Below are positions 12,090 through 26,373 of a stretch of DNA of 64,000 nt, piece by piece; the first letter of the stretch is position 1; every line of letters starts with the position of its first letter. The notes beneath the pieces were generated by a model. That model worked only from the letters and a program-made list of their open reading frames with translations, did not search any database and had not been told where the DNA came from. The position numbers and the translations under genes are program-made. Source of the DNA: Antedon mediterranea. Lineage: Eukaryota > Animalia > Echinodermata. The stretch is from NCBI RefSeq assembly GCF_964355755.1, contig NC_092673.1:19961648-20025647 (forward strand). Direction: 5' to 3'.

Positions 12090-13681
12090 TTAGTTATCCG
12101 CACTCAGCGGATAACTCCTTGTAACTGTCCTGTTTCATCATCTTTTTTTTTTTTCTGTATTATTCTTTCTTTCTGTCATTTTTGTGCAGAGCATATCTCA
12201 AAAAGGTGTAAAATTAACATTTCATAACTTTGTCAACATATGGGTATTCACCTGAAGTTGTGCTTTTCTATTTCTGAATGACGTCAGAATTGCACAACAT
12301 GACTTACGCGCGTTTTAACGAATTTCGCGTATTTAACATACATCGAAAACCATATAACAATTTAAATTGAAACTTAACAAAAGTTTTAGTTATATCTTGC
12401 GCTAACTGACTTTGTAAAAAAAATGGCATGTTTTACACGAAGTTACGCGCGCACGCGCGTTTAAAATTTCAAAACGCGAAAAATCAATTTCTAATCCACT
12501 TTCTACGCGTTTCATGTCATTTTGAGCAGGTAAAAAATTCCCACGCGTGCGCATTTTTTTACGCGCGCCGTGCGCACGTAGCGTTGAAAACAATTTTTTT
12601 CACGTGATTTATGTTTTTCCAGCCTTTTTTAGTAATTTTACCAACTTTTAAACGATTTAGACTTAAAATTACGTCATACGGGCACGTCGAATTGGATAAT
12701 TTACGTGGGTTTTTGATGAAAAAGGTAAAAAATTCGTTAAAATTTGTCAAAATTATGCCTTTTTTTAAACAGTCGTAATTTCTAAACTGGACGGTCAACT
12801 TTTTGTGGATGACATATTCTATAAGTTGATGAGGTGTAGATATCGGATCATGTAATAATATGGCTAACCGGACATTGTGACGTCATCGTATGGCCACGCG
12901 AATATAAAATATAGGATTTTTGTATCTTTCATCATAGCGCATGACATTTAATAGAGCGCATCTCCAATTATCTGTTTTCCATTTTTACCCCGATTTTTAT
13001 ATTATCTAGGTCAATCAACTATCTTTCGTATGAGTTAAAAATATTTTAATTTTTATGACGTCATCATGTCTAAAAATGTAAATAACGTGGGTCACTTATT
13101 TTCGTCTTTACAGTAAATTTCAATCTGTTATAGCTCGTCAGAATAAAACGTGATAATCATGATTAAAACGTTTTCTGGAAGCTATTGGATTGTAGATACG
13201 AATTTATGTAAACATTTTGCCAATCGGATGTTGTGACGTCATCATATGACCAGTTAAATAAAAAAAGTCGTATTTTCATCTTTTGCGTCATAATTCATCA
13301 CATTTAAAAGAGCGCGCATCAATATTTTACGTATTTAAATTTCTTCTACACATTAATATGTTGTTGCCGAGATAATTTCCTTCCGAAATTGCTATCTTAG
13401 TATTTCATTTTGATACCGTCGCTATGTTAAAAATTGGAATAAATGGCGGGTCCAGTCATTTCACCTATTCTACACAGTATGTAATATGTATACAGATTAT
13501 ATTGTATATATAATATGACACAAAATAACAGAATTCAGCAATAACAACATATCATATTATTCTTCAGTTCAGGTCATATTGCCACAATCTTTTTCTGTGT
13601 GCAATATTCTAACGTATGACGTCTACGTGGCCTTTGTCGTGCGGATAACTAACTCGTCAAAGTGACGAGTTACATGTCTAG
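12090..13681 (+). mobile_element. Intact HINE, subfamily C, nested behind two orphan B heads (11973, 12034)
   Basis: Head AGTTATCCGCACTCAGCGGATAACT at 12092; C tail with CTAG at 13678-13681. Confidence 0.87.
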
Positions 13682-16600
13682 TTATTATTCTTCTTTCTGT
13701 ACACTTTTTGTTCGTCAAATATCTCAAAAAGTTGAATAGCAATGATCACAAAAAATTCACAATGTCTTTCAAATACTTTAACTTAGCCATAATAAGCTTT
13801 TCAGCGTGATCACTCATCCGTGACGTCACGTATACGCCATTTTGTGAAATCACATTATCAATCATATATCCATAATTCATTATCACATATTTATGAAATT
13901 CACTACACGTAAACTTCAGGTCAAGGGTAAAAATATTAGCAAGTAAAAACGCGCGTGCACGTAGGGTCATGCGTGTGGAATCGCGCAGTAAAAATTTAAA
14001 AAGCTCAAAATTACGTTTTAATCAATTTAGAGCATGAATTAGGCCATTTGCGTGTTTCAAAAAATTACTGCGCAAAAAAAATATTTTGCGCGCGCGATAC
14101 TTACAAAGCGTAAAAATTGCAATTTTTTTATACAAATCGCGTTCTACTCACCATCCTTAGTACATTCACCAAATTTGAGTAAGTTCCGACTGAAAATAAC
14201 GCTATACGAGCAGGTTAAAAATAACAAAATGCGCAAATTAATTGCATCAAAGTGCTGAAAATGGTGAAAAATAAGGCCTTTTTAAAATGAATATAACTCT
14301 TCAGAATGGCAGGTGACCCCCAATTTTTTTAACTTATTCGGGAAGCCATTGGGTTGTAGATACATATTCATGTACACATTAGACGTACAAAATGGTATGA
14401 CGTCATCAAATGGCCACTTCAATTTAAAAATTAGTAATTTTTATCTTTTTGTGTGGGTTATCACATTCAATATTGCGCATCTCCGTTATTTGAGCCCGAT
14501 TTTCACCGAAATTTTAGTATGTGCTTACTCAATTAATTATCTTTCTCAAGAGTTGTCAACATTTTTATTTTGATGATGTCATCATGTGTAAAAACTTTAA
14601 TAACCAAGGTCGTGTAATTTCAGCTACACCATACATTTGAATATGTTATAGCTCTTCAGAATTAAAGGTGACCTTGAAGATTATAATTTATTATGAAAGC
14701 TGAATAAATGTAGATATGAATTCATATAAAAATTAAGCCTATCGGATGTTATGATGTTATCATATGGCCAGTTGAAATTAAAACGTTGTTTTTAAATTTC
14801 TTTAGTCAAAGTTATACAAATTTCAAAGAGCGCGCATTGCGCTTCTACGTGTCAAATTATCTTCCAATCCTTATATTTATTTGCTCAATTCATTATCTTT
14901 CGAAATTGTCATCTTCGAGTTTATTTTGATAATTCCATCATACCAAAAAATTTGAACATGATGTGGGTCCCGTAATTTCACCTATGCTACACTGTATAAA
15001 GATATACAGTATATACTGTACATATTGTATATGACACATAATAGGCACAACTCAGCACTATAAGCGTATATCAGGATGGTATACATCAACATTTTCCTAT
15101 TGTATGTTAACGTACGTGCATGTTTAAAAAATATTAATGTCAGTAAAGCGATAAAAATGATCACCTATAATTCGTCAAAGTGACGAATTAAATTCTAGTG
15201 AGAAATTGTTTTTGTTAAAAAAAAAATTTCTTCGCAATTTCTTTCTGTACAGATTTTGTTTAACAAATATCTCAAAAAGTTTATTGTCAATGATTACCAA
15301 AATTTCACAATGTCTTTCAAATACTGTAACTTAGTCCTAATAAGCTTTTCAGCGTGATCACTCATCCGTAACGTCATTTATACGCGATTTTGTGAAATCA
15401 CATTATCAATCATATCTCCATAATTCATTATCACATATTAATGAAATTCACTACACGTAAACTTTAGGTCAAGGGTAAAAATATTAAGAAATAAAAACGC
15501 GCGCGCACGTAAGGTTAAGCGCGTGAAATCGCGCGTTAAAAATTTAAAATGCTCAAAATTACGTTTTGATCAATTTAGAGCATGAATTAGGCCATTTGCA
15601 TGTTTAAAAAATTACTGCGCAAAAACACGTTTTTGCGCGTGCGTACATAGAAAGCGTAAAAAATAACAATTTCTTATACAAATTGCGTTCTACTCATCTT
15701 CCATAGTACATTCACCAAATTTGAGTTCATTTCGACTTAAAATAGTGCTATACGAGCACGTCAAAAATGACAAAATGCGCACATTAATTATACAAAAGTG
15801 CTAAAAATGGTAAAAATTAAGGCCTTTTTAAAACGAATATAACTCTTCTGAATGGCAGGTGACCCCCAATTTTTTTAACTTATTATGGTAGCCAATGAGT
15901 TGTAGATATAAATGTATATACACATTAGACATACAAAATGGTATTACGTCATCAAATGGCCACTTGAATTTAAAAATTAGGATTTTTCTCCGTTTTGTGT
16001 AGGTTATCACATTCAATAGAGCGCATCTCCGCTATTTGAGCTCGATTTTTGCACAAATTTCAGTGTGTGCTTGCTTAATTATTTATCTTTTTCATAAGTT
16101 GTCAGTGTTTTCATTTTGATGACGTCATCATGCATAAAAACTTGAATAACGTAGGTCGTGTAATTTCACCTTCGCCGTAAATTTGAATATCTTACAGCTC
16201 TTCAGAATTGAAGGTTACCTTGATGATTATAATTTATTATGAAAGCTGATGAAATGTAGATATGAATTCATATAAAAACCAAGCCTATCGGATGTTGTGA
16301 CGTTAACATATTGCCAGATGAAGTTAAAAAGTAGTTTTTTCTTCTTTTTCGTCAAAGTTATACACATTTCAAAGGCCGCGCACGGCGCTTCTACGTGCCA
16401 GATTCTCTTCCAATTCTTATATTTATTTGCTCAATTCATTATCTTTCGAAATTGTCATCTTTATGTTTATTTTGATAATTCCATCATACCAAAAAATTAG
16501 AACATGATGTGTGTCCCGTAATTTCACCTATGCTACACTGTATATAGATATACAGTATATACTGTACATATTGTATATGGCATATAATAGGCACAACTCA

Positions 16601-16753
16601 GCACTATAAGCGTATGCATCATGTCATAGGATGGCGTACATCAACTTTTTACGATCGTATGTTAACGTACATGCATGTTTAAAAAGTGTTAATTTCATTA
16701 AAATGATAAAAATGATCACCTATAATTCGTCAAAGTGACGAATTAAATTCTAG
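13682..16753 (+). mobile_element. Two headless subfamily B bodies (13682-15198; more diverged 15199-16753)
   Basis: B body and tail without the 5' palindrome; the second has an atypical ~40-bp leader. Confidence 0.85.
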
Positions 16754-16967
16754 TTTCACTTATTTTACACTGTATGTATGTATACATATTATACTATACT
16801 ATATGACACAAAATTGACAGAATTCAGCACTAACAAGATATCATATTCTTCAGTTCAGGTCATAATGCCATAATCTTTTTCTGTGTGCAATATTCTAACG
16901 TATGACGTGCACGTGGCGTTTGTCGTGCGGATAACTAACTCGTCAAAGTGACGAGTTACATGTCTAG
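16754..16967 (+). mobile_element. Isolated 3'-terminal ~214-bp fragment of a subfamily C element
   Basis: Aligns by eye to ~2826-3056; complete tail with CTAG at 16964-16967. Confidence 0.8.
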
Positions 16968-19900
16968 TCTTCTTTCTTTCTGTATGATTTTTGTGGAACG
17001 CTTTTCTCTAAAACTTGCAAACATAACATTTTGTAACTTTCTCAACATATCGTCATGCACATGAAGATGTGCAGCGAAGCTTTTCATGATGTTTACAATT
17101 GCGCAACGTGACTTACGCGCGATTTAACGATTGTGTCGTATTTAACATAGCTCGACAACCAAATAACATTTCAACTTGAAACTTTGCAAAAGTTTAATTT
17201 ATATCATGCGCTAACTTTCTGTTGAAAAAAAATTGCGTGTTTTACACAAAGTTACGCGCGCACGCGCATTTAAAATTTCAAAATGCGCAAAATTAATTTA
17301 AAATCAACTTTCTACGCGTTCCATGTTGTTTTAAGCATGTCAAAAATTCCCACACGTGCGCACATTTTTACGTGTGCGGTACGCACGTAGCATTGAAAAC
17401 GTATTTTTTTCGCGTGATTTATGTTTTTCCAGCCTTTTCTAGTAATTTTACCAAATTTTAAACAATTTCGACTTAAAGATACCTCATACGAGCACGTCGA
17501 ATTGGACAATTTGCGCGGGTTTTTTATGAAAAGGTTAAAAAATTCGTTTAAAATATGCCTTTTTTTAATTAGTCGTAATTTCTAAACTAGACGGTCAACT
17601 TTTTGTGGATGGCATATTCTGGAAGTAGATGAGTTGTAGATATCGGATCAGGTATTAATATGGCTAACCGGACATTGTGACGTCATCGTATGGCCACACG
17701 AATATAAAATTTAGGATTTTTGTATCTTTCGTCATAGCTGATCACATTGAATAGAGCGCATCTCCACTTATCCGTTTTCCATTTTCACCCCGATTTTGAT
17801 ATTGTCTAGGTCAATCAAGTATCTTTCGCATGAGTTAAAAATATTTTAATTTTTTTGACGTCATCATGCCTAAAAATGTAAATCACGTGTGGCATTATTT
17901 CATCTTTACAGTAAATTTTAATCTGTTATAGCTCGTAAGAATAAAATGTGATAATCACAATTAAAACTTTTTCTGGAAGCTATTGGATTGTAGATACGAA
18001 ATTATGTAAAAATGTTGCCAATCGGATGTTGTGACGTCATCATATGGCCAGTTAAATAAAAAAGGTCGTATTTTCATCTTTTGCGTCATAATTCATTACA
18101 TTTAAAAGAGCGCGCATCAATATTTCACGTATTCAAATTTCTTCTACACGCTAATACGTTGTTGCTGAGATAATTTCCTTTCGGAATTGCTACCTTCGCG
18201 TTTCATTTTAAAACCGTAAACATGTTAAAAATTGCAATAAATAGCGGGTCCCGTAATTTCACCTATTCTATGTATGTCACTGTATGTGATAGATACAGAT
18301 TATACTGTGTATACTATATATGAATTTAAATAATAAAATTCAGCAATAATAAAAACATATCATATTCTTCAGTTCAGGTCATAATGCCAACGTGAACACT
18401 TCCTTTTGTCCTCAACCTATCCCCTTAATGTTAATGTTGCACCACTTGCGCGGCGCGGCGGATAACCAAACTCGTCAAAGTGACGAGTTACATGTCTAGT
18501 CTTCTTTGTTATTCTTTCTTTCCCGGATTTTTGTGACCAGCATATCTCTATTGCTTGTGAACATAACTTTGTATAACTTGGTAAAAAGATTGACATTGAA
18601 GTGTAGATGTGCAGCCAAGCTTTTGGACGATGTCAGATATGCGTTGCGTAAGTTACGCGCGATTTTATGAATTTCTATAACTGATCATAACTTTAGAACC
18701 AACAAATATTGTTTCATGAAACTTAATAAAATTATAATTCATATCATGGGTCAATTTTCTATGGATTAAAAATGGCATGTTTTACAAGAAGTTACGCGCG
18801 CACGTGCATTTAAAGTTTCAAAATGCGCAAAATTAATTTCTAATCAACTTTCTACGCTGATCATGACATTTTGAGCATGTCAAAAATTCCTGCGCGTGCG
18901 AAAAAATTTACGCGTATGGTGCGCACGGAGTGTGAAAATCATGTTTTTTTCTCTTGAATTGTAATTTTCTAGCCTTTCCTAGTCATTTTAAAAAAGATTG
19001 ACTTAATTGCATATTAAAATGACGTCATACGAACACGTTGATTTAGACAATTTGCGTGGGTTTTAGTTGCAAAAGTGACAATTGTCAAAATTATGCCTAT
19101 TTTGAATCTATTATAGCGCCTCAGGATCATCCGTGACCCCCAATTTTTTTAATTTGATATGTAAGCAGATATGTTGTAGATATGAATTCATGCAGAATCT
19201 TTACCCCTCGGATGTTATGACGTCATCGTATGGCCACACGCATGTAAAATATAGGATTTTTGTCTCTTTCGTTATTGATTATCACATGCAAAAGAGCGCA
19301 TCTCGCTTATACGTATTCCATTTCCTCAGATATTTTAATACTGTCTCGGTCAATCAACTATCTTTCCCATGAGTTAAAAATATTTTAATTTTTATGACGT
19401 CATCGTGTCTAAAAATGTAAATAACGTGGGTCACCTTATTTCATCTTTACAGTAAATTTCAATCTGTTGTAGCTCGTCAGAATAAAAAGTGATAATCATG
19501 AATAAAACGTTTTCTGGAAGCGATTGAATTGTAGATACGAATTCATGTAAACATTTTGCCAATCAGATGTTGTGACGTCATCATATGGCCAGTTGAATAA
19601 AAAAAGTCGTATTTTCATCTCTTGCGTAAAAGTTCATTGCGTTTAAACGAGAGCGCATCTCACTTTTACGTTCCCAAAATTCATTAAATTTGTATTAATG
19701 TAATTATTTAGATAATTATCTTCTAAAATAGTTATCTTTATATGTCAATTTGATGACGTCATCGTGTTAATAATTGGATTTAAAAGATGGGTCTCGTAAT
19801 TTCGTCTATGCTACACTGTATATAAACATATACAGTGTATTCTGTAAATACTGAAATATGCTGTATGCTACAAAATAGGTACAATTCAGAACTGTAAACA

Positions 19901-22900
19901 TATTTAAATCATGTCATAGGATGGCATAATAATTGTCGAAGTTCATATATTTTAAACGTATGTGCATGTTGCGTTTGCGCGGAAACCCGAACTCGTCAAA
20001 GTGACGAGTTCAAATCTAGTTAGTTATCCGCACTTGGCGGATAACTCCTTGTTATTGTATGGGATCAATATTTTTTTCTGTATTATTCTTCTTTCTTTCT
20101 CGCTATTTTTGTGTAGAGCGTTTCTCTAAAATGTGTAAACATAACATTTTATAACTTTGACAACATGTGGGCATTTACGTGAAGTTGTGCACCTCCTATT
20201 TTTGAATTACGTCAGAGTTGCGCAACGTGACTTACGCGCGATTTTATGATTTTTTATGATTGATCATAGATTAAAAACTAAAAGTGATTTTTAATTGACA
20301 CTTTGTGAAAGTTTAATTTATATCATGCGCTAACTTTCTGTTTGAAAAAAATTGCGTGTTTTACACAGTTACGCGCGCACGCGCATTTAAAATTTCAAAA
20401 TGCGCAAAAATAATTTCTAATCAACTTTCTACGCGTTTCATGTCATTTTAAGCATGTACAAAATTACCGCGCGCGCGAAAAATATTACGCGCACGGTGCG
20501 CATAGAGCATGAAAATCATGTTTTTTTCTCTTGAATTGTGATTTTCCAGCCTTTCCTAGTCATTTTCAAAAAGATTGACATCATTTCAGATTAAAATTAC
20601 GTCATACGAACACGTTGATTTAGCCCATTTGCGCGCGTTTTAGTTGAAAAAGTTACAAAATGTTGTCAAAATTATGCCTAGTTTGAATGTTTTATAGCTT
20701 CTCAGGATCAACGATTACCCCTAATTTTTTTAACTTAATATGTAAGCAGATATGTTGTAGATATGAATTCATGCAGAATTTTTACCTCACGGATGTTGTG
20801 ACGTCATCATATGGCCACACGAATGTAAAATATAGGATTTTTTTGTCTTTCGTTATTGCTCATCACATTCAATGGAGCGCATCACGCTTATACGTATTTC
20901 TTTTTCTCCGAGATTTTAATATTGTCTAGGTCAATCAACTATCTTTCGCATGAGATAAAAATATTTTAATTTTTATGACGTCATCATGCCTAAAAATTTT
21001 AATTACGTGGGTCATTAATTTCATCTTTACAGTAAATTTTAATCTGTAATAACCCGTAAAAATAAAATGTGATAATCACGATTAAAACATTTTCTGGAAG
21101 CTCTTGGATTGTAGATATGAAACCATGTGAACATTTTGCCAATCAGATGCTGTGATGTCATCATATGGCCAGTTAAATAAAAAAAGTCGTATTTTCATCT
21201 TTTGCATCATAGTTCATTATATTTAAAAGAGCGCGCATCAATATTAAACGTATTCAAATTTCTTCTACACGTTAATATGTTGTTGCTGAGATAATTTGCT
21301 TCCGAAATTGCTATCTTAGTGTTTCATCTTGATACCGTCGCCATGTTACAAATTTGAATAAATGGCGGGTCCCGTAATTTCACCTATTCTACACTGTATG
21401 TAACATGTATACAGATTATACTGTTTGCATGTATATACTATATGACACAAAATTGACAGAATTCAGCACTAACAACATATCATATTCTTCAGATCAGGTC
21501 ATAATGCCATAATTTTTTCTGTGTGCAATATTCTAACGTATGACGTGCACCTTCTGTGTGCAATATTCTAACGTATGACGTGCACGTGGCCTTTGTCGTG
21601 CGGATAACTAACTCGTCAAAGTGACGAGTTACATGTCTAGTTTCTCTTCTTTCTTTCTGTATGATTTTTGTGGAACGCTTTTCTCGAAAACTTGCAAACA
21701 TAACATTTTGTAACTTTCTCAACATATCGTCGTGCACATGAAGATGTGCAGCGAAGCTTTTCATGATGTTTACAATTGCGCAACGTGACTTACGCGCGAT
21801 TTAACAATTTTGTCGTATTTAACATAGCTCGACAACCAAATAACATTTCAACTTGAAACTTTGCAAAAGTTTAATTTATATCATGCGCTAACTTTCTGTT
21901 GACAAAAAATTGCGTATTTTACACAAAGTTACGCGCGCACGCGCATATAAAATTTCAAAATGCGCAAAATTAATTTTTAATCAACTTTCTACGCGTTTCA
22001 TGTCGTTTTAAGCATGTCAACAATTCCCACGCGTGCGCACATTTTTACGTGTGCGGTGCGCACGTAGCATCGAAAACGTATTTTTTTTGCGTAATTTATG
22101 TTTTTCCAGCCTTTTCTAGTAATTTTACCAAATTTTAAACAATTTCGACTTAAAGATACGTCATACGAGCACGTCGAATTGGACAATTTGCGCGCGTTTT
22201 TTATGAAAAGGTTAAAAAATTCGTTTAAAATATGCCTTTTTTTAAACAGTCGTAATTTCTAACCTAAACGGTCAAATTTTTGTGGATGACATATTCTAGA
22301 AGTAGATGAGTTATAGATATCGGATCAGGTATTAATATGGCTAACCGGACATAGTGACGTCATCGTATGGCCACGCGAATATAAAATTTAGGATTTTTGT
22401 ATCATTCGTCATAGCTCATCACATTGAATAGAGCGCATCTCCACTTATCCGATTTCCATTTTCACCCCGATTTTGATATTGTCTAGGTCAATCAACTATC
22501 TTTCGCATGAGTTAAAAATATTTTAATTTTTTTGACGTCATCATGCCTAAAAATTTAAATCACGTGTGGCATCAATTTCATCTTTACAGTAAATTTTAAT
22601 CTGTTATAGCTCGAAAGAATAAAATGTGATAATCACGATTAAAACTTTTTCTGGAAGCTATTGGATTGTAGATACGAAATTATGTAAAAATGTTGCCAAT
22701 CGGATGTTGTGACGTCATTATATGGCCAGTTAAATAAAAAAGGTCGTATTTTCATCTTTTGCGTCATAATTCATTACATTTAAAAGAGCGCGCATCAATA
22801 TTTCACGTATTCAAATTTCTTCTACACGCTAATACGTTGTTGCTGAGATAATTTCCTTTCGGAATTGCTGTCTTTGCGTTTCATTTTAAAACCGTCAACA

Positions 22901-25900
22901 TGTTAAAAATTGCAATAAATAGCGGGTCCCGTAATTTCACCTATTCTACACTGTATGTGATATGGATACAGATTATACTGTGTATACTATATATGAATTT
23001 AAATAATAAAATTCAGCAATAACAAACATATCATATTCTTCAGTTCAGGTCATAATGCCAACGTGAACACTTCCTTTTGTCCTCAACCTATCCCCTTAAT
23101 GTTAATGTTGCACCACTTGCGCGGCGGATAACCAAACTCGTCAAAGTGACGAGTTACATGTCTAGTTAGTTATCCGCACTTGGCGGATAACTCCTTGTTA
23201 TTGTATGGGATCAATATTTTTTTCTGTATTATTCTTCTTTCTTTCTCGCTATTTTTGTGTAGAGCGTTTCTCTAAAATGTGTAAACATAACATTTTATAA
23301 CTTTGACAACATGTGGGCATTTACGTGAAGTTGTGCACCTCCTATTTTTGAATTACGTCAGAGTTGCGCAACGTGACTTACGCGCGATTTTATGATTTTT
23401 TATGATTGATCATAGATTAAAAACTAAAAGTGATTTTTAATTGACACTTTGTGAAAGTTTAATTTATATCATGCGCTAACTTTCTGTTTGAAAAAAATTG
23501 CGTGTTTTACACAAAGTTACGCGCGCACGCGCATTTAAAATTTCAAAATGCGCAAAAATAATTTCTAATCAACTTTCTACGCGTTTCATGTCATTTTAAG
23601 CATGTACAAAATTACCGCGCGCGCGAAAAATATTACGCGCACGGTGCGCATAGAGCATGAAAATCATGTTTTTTTCTCTTGAATTGTGATTTTCCAGCCT
23701 TTCCTAGTCATTTTCAAAAAGATTGACATCATTTCAAATTAAAATTACGTCATACGAACACGTTGATTTAGCCCATTTGCGCGCTTTTTAGTTGAAAAAG
23801 TTACAAAATGTTGTCAAAATTATGCCTATTTTGAATGTTTTATAGCTTCTCAGGATCAACGATTACCCTAATTTTTTTAACTTAATATGTAAGCAGATAT
23901 GTTGTAGATATGAATTCATGCAGAATTTTTACCTCACGGATGTTGTGACGTCATCATATGGCCACACGAATGTAAAATATAGGATTTTTTTGTCTTTCGT
24001 TATTGCTCATCACATTCAATGGAGCGCATCACGCTTATACGTATTTCTTTTTCTCCGAGATTTTAATATTGTCTAGGTCAATCAACTATCTTTCGCATGA
24101 GATAAAAATATTTTAATTTTTATGACGTCATCATGCCTAAAAATTTTAATTACGTGGGTCATTAATTTCATCTTTACAGTAAATTTTAATCTGTAATAGC
24201 CCGTCAAAATAAAATGTGATAATCACGATTAAAACATTTTCTGGAAGCTCTTGGATTGTAGATATGAAATCATGTGAACATTTTGCCAATCAGATGCTGT
24301 GACGTCATCATATTGCAAGTTAAATAAAAAAAGTCGTATTTTCATCTTTTGCATCATAGTTCATTATATTTAAAAGAGCGCGCATCAATATAAAACGTAT
24401 TCAAATTTCTTCTACACGTTAATATGTTGTTGCTGAGATAATTTGCTTCCGAAATTGCTATCTTAGTGTTTCATCTTGATACCGTCGCCATGTTACAAAT
24501 TTGAATAAATGGCGGGTCCCGTAATTTCACCTATTCTACACTGTATGTAACATGTATACAGATTATACTGTTTGCATGTATATACTATATGACACAAAAT
24601 TGACAGAATTCAGCACTAACAACATATCATATTCTTCAGATCAGGTCATAATGCCATAATTTTTTCTGTGTGCAATATTCTAACGTATGACGTGCACGTG
24701 GCGTTTGTCGTGCGGATAACTAACTCGTCAAAGTGACGAGTTACATGTCTAGTTCTGTATTATTCTTCTGTCTTTCTTCCTTTTTTTGTGAGCCCTGTTT
24801 CTCTAAAATGTGTGAACAGAACATATCATAACTTTGTCAACATATAGATATTTACGTGAAGTTGTGCACCTCCTATTTTTGAAAAACGTCAGAGTTGCGC
24901 AACGTGACTTGCGCGCAATTTTATGAATTTAAATGATTGATCATAGATTAAAAACCGAAAGTCATTTTGTATTGAGACTTGGTGAAAATTTAATTCATAT
25001 CAAGAGTCAACTTTCTGTGGATTAAAAATGGCATGTTTCACACAAAGTTACGCGCGCACGCGCATTTAAAATTTTAAAATGCGAAAAATCAATTTCTAAT
25101 CAATTTTCTACGCATTTCTTGTCATTTTGAGTATGTCAAAAATTCCCACACGTGCGCAAATTTTTACGCGCGAGGGGGGCACGTAGCTTTAAAAACATAC
25201 TTTTTTCCCGTGATTTATGTTTTTCCAGCCTTTTCTAGTAATTTTACCAACTTTTAAACAATTTCGACTTAAAATTACGTCATTACGAGCACGTCGAATT
25301 GAATAATTTGCGCGCGTATTTGATCAAAAAGCTAAAAAAATCGTCAAAATTATGCCTTTTTTTAAACAGTCGTAGTTTCTAAACTAAACGGTGAAAGTTA
25401 TTTTTATTACATATTCTGGAAGTTGATGAGTTGTAGATATCAAATCATACATTAATATGGCTAACAGCACATTTTGACGTCATCGTATGGCCACGCGAAT
25501 ATAAAATATAGGATTTTTGTCTCTTTCGTTATTGCTCATCACTTTCAATGGAGCGCATCACGCTTATCCGTATTCCATTTTCTCCGAGATTTTAATATGG
25601 TCTAGGTCAATCAACTACCTTTCGTATGAGTTAAAAATATTTTAATATTTGTAACGTCATCATGCCTAAAAATGTTAATTACTTGGGTCATTAATTTCAT
25701 CTTTACAGTAAATTTTAATCTGTTATCGCTCGTAAGAACAAAATGGGATAATCACGATTAAATGTTTTCTGGAAGCTATTGAATTGTAGATACGAAATCA
25801 TGTAAACATTTTGCCAATCGGATGTTGTGACGTCATCATATGGCCAGTTAAAAAAAAAAAGTCGTATTTTCATCTTTTGCGTCATAGTTCATTACATTTA

Positions 25901-26272
25901 AAAGAGCGCGCATCAATATTTCACGTGTTCAAATTTCTTCTACACGTTAATATGTTGTTGCTGAGATAATTTCCTTCCGAAATTGCTACATTCGCGTTTC
26001 ATTTTGAAACCGTCAATATGTTAAAAATTTGAATAAATAGCGGGTCCCGTAATTTCACCTATTCTACACTGTATGTGATATGTATAAAGATTATACTGTG
26101 TATACTATATGACACAAAATAACAGAATTCAGCAATAAAAACATATCATATTCTTCAGTTCAGGTCACAATGCCATAATCTTTTTCCGTGTGCAATATTC
26201 CAACGTATGACGTGCACGTGGCGTTTGTCGTGCGGATAACTAACTCGTCAAAGTGACGAGTTTCATGTCTAG
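16968..26272 (+). mobile_element. Six ~1.5-1.6-kb HINE units: E headless 16968-18499, D headless 18500-20019, F intact 20020-21640, E headless 21641-23165, F intact 23166-24752, C-like headless 24753-26272
   Basis: Each ends in subTIR + hairpin + CTAG. F heads AGTTATCCGCACTTGGCGGATAACT at 20022 and 23168. The E pair and the F pair are each highly similar. Confidence 0.85.
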
Positions 26273-26373
26273 TTCTGTATTATTAGTTATCCGCTTAGTA
26301 GCGGATAACTCCTTGTAATCGTCCTGTTTCATCAAATTTTTTGGTTATCCGCAACTTATGAAGTTGCGGATAA

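Noticed and set aside
21517-21585. Local ~35-bp tandem duplication in one F unit (similar small events at ~37750-37795 and a deletion near 46655)
   Set aside because: Single-copy slippage events with no sign of function.
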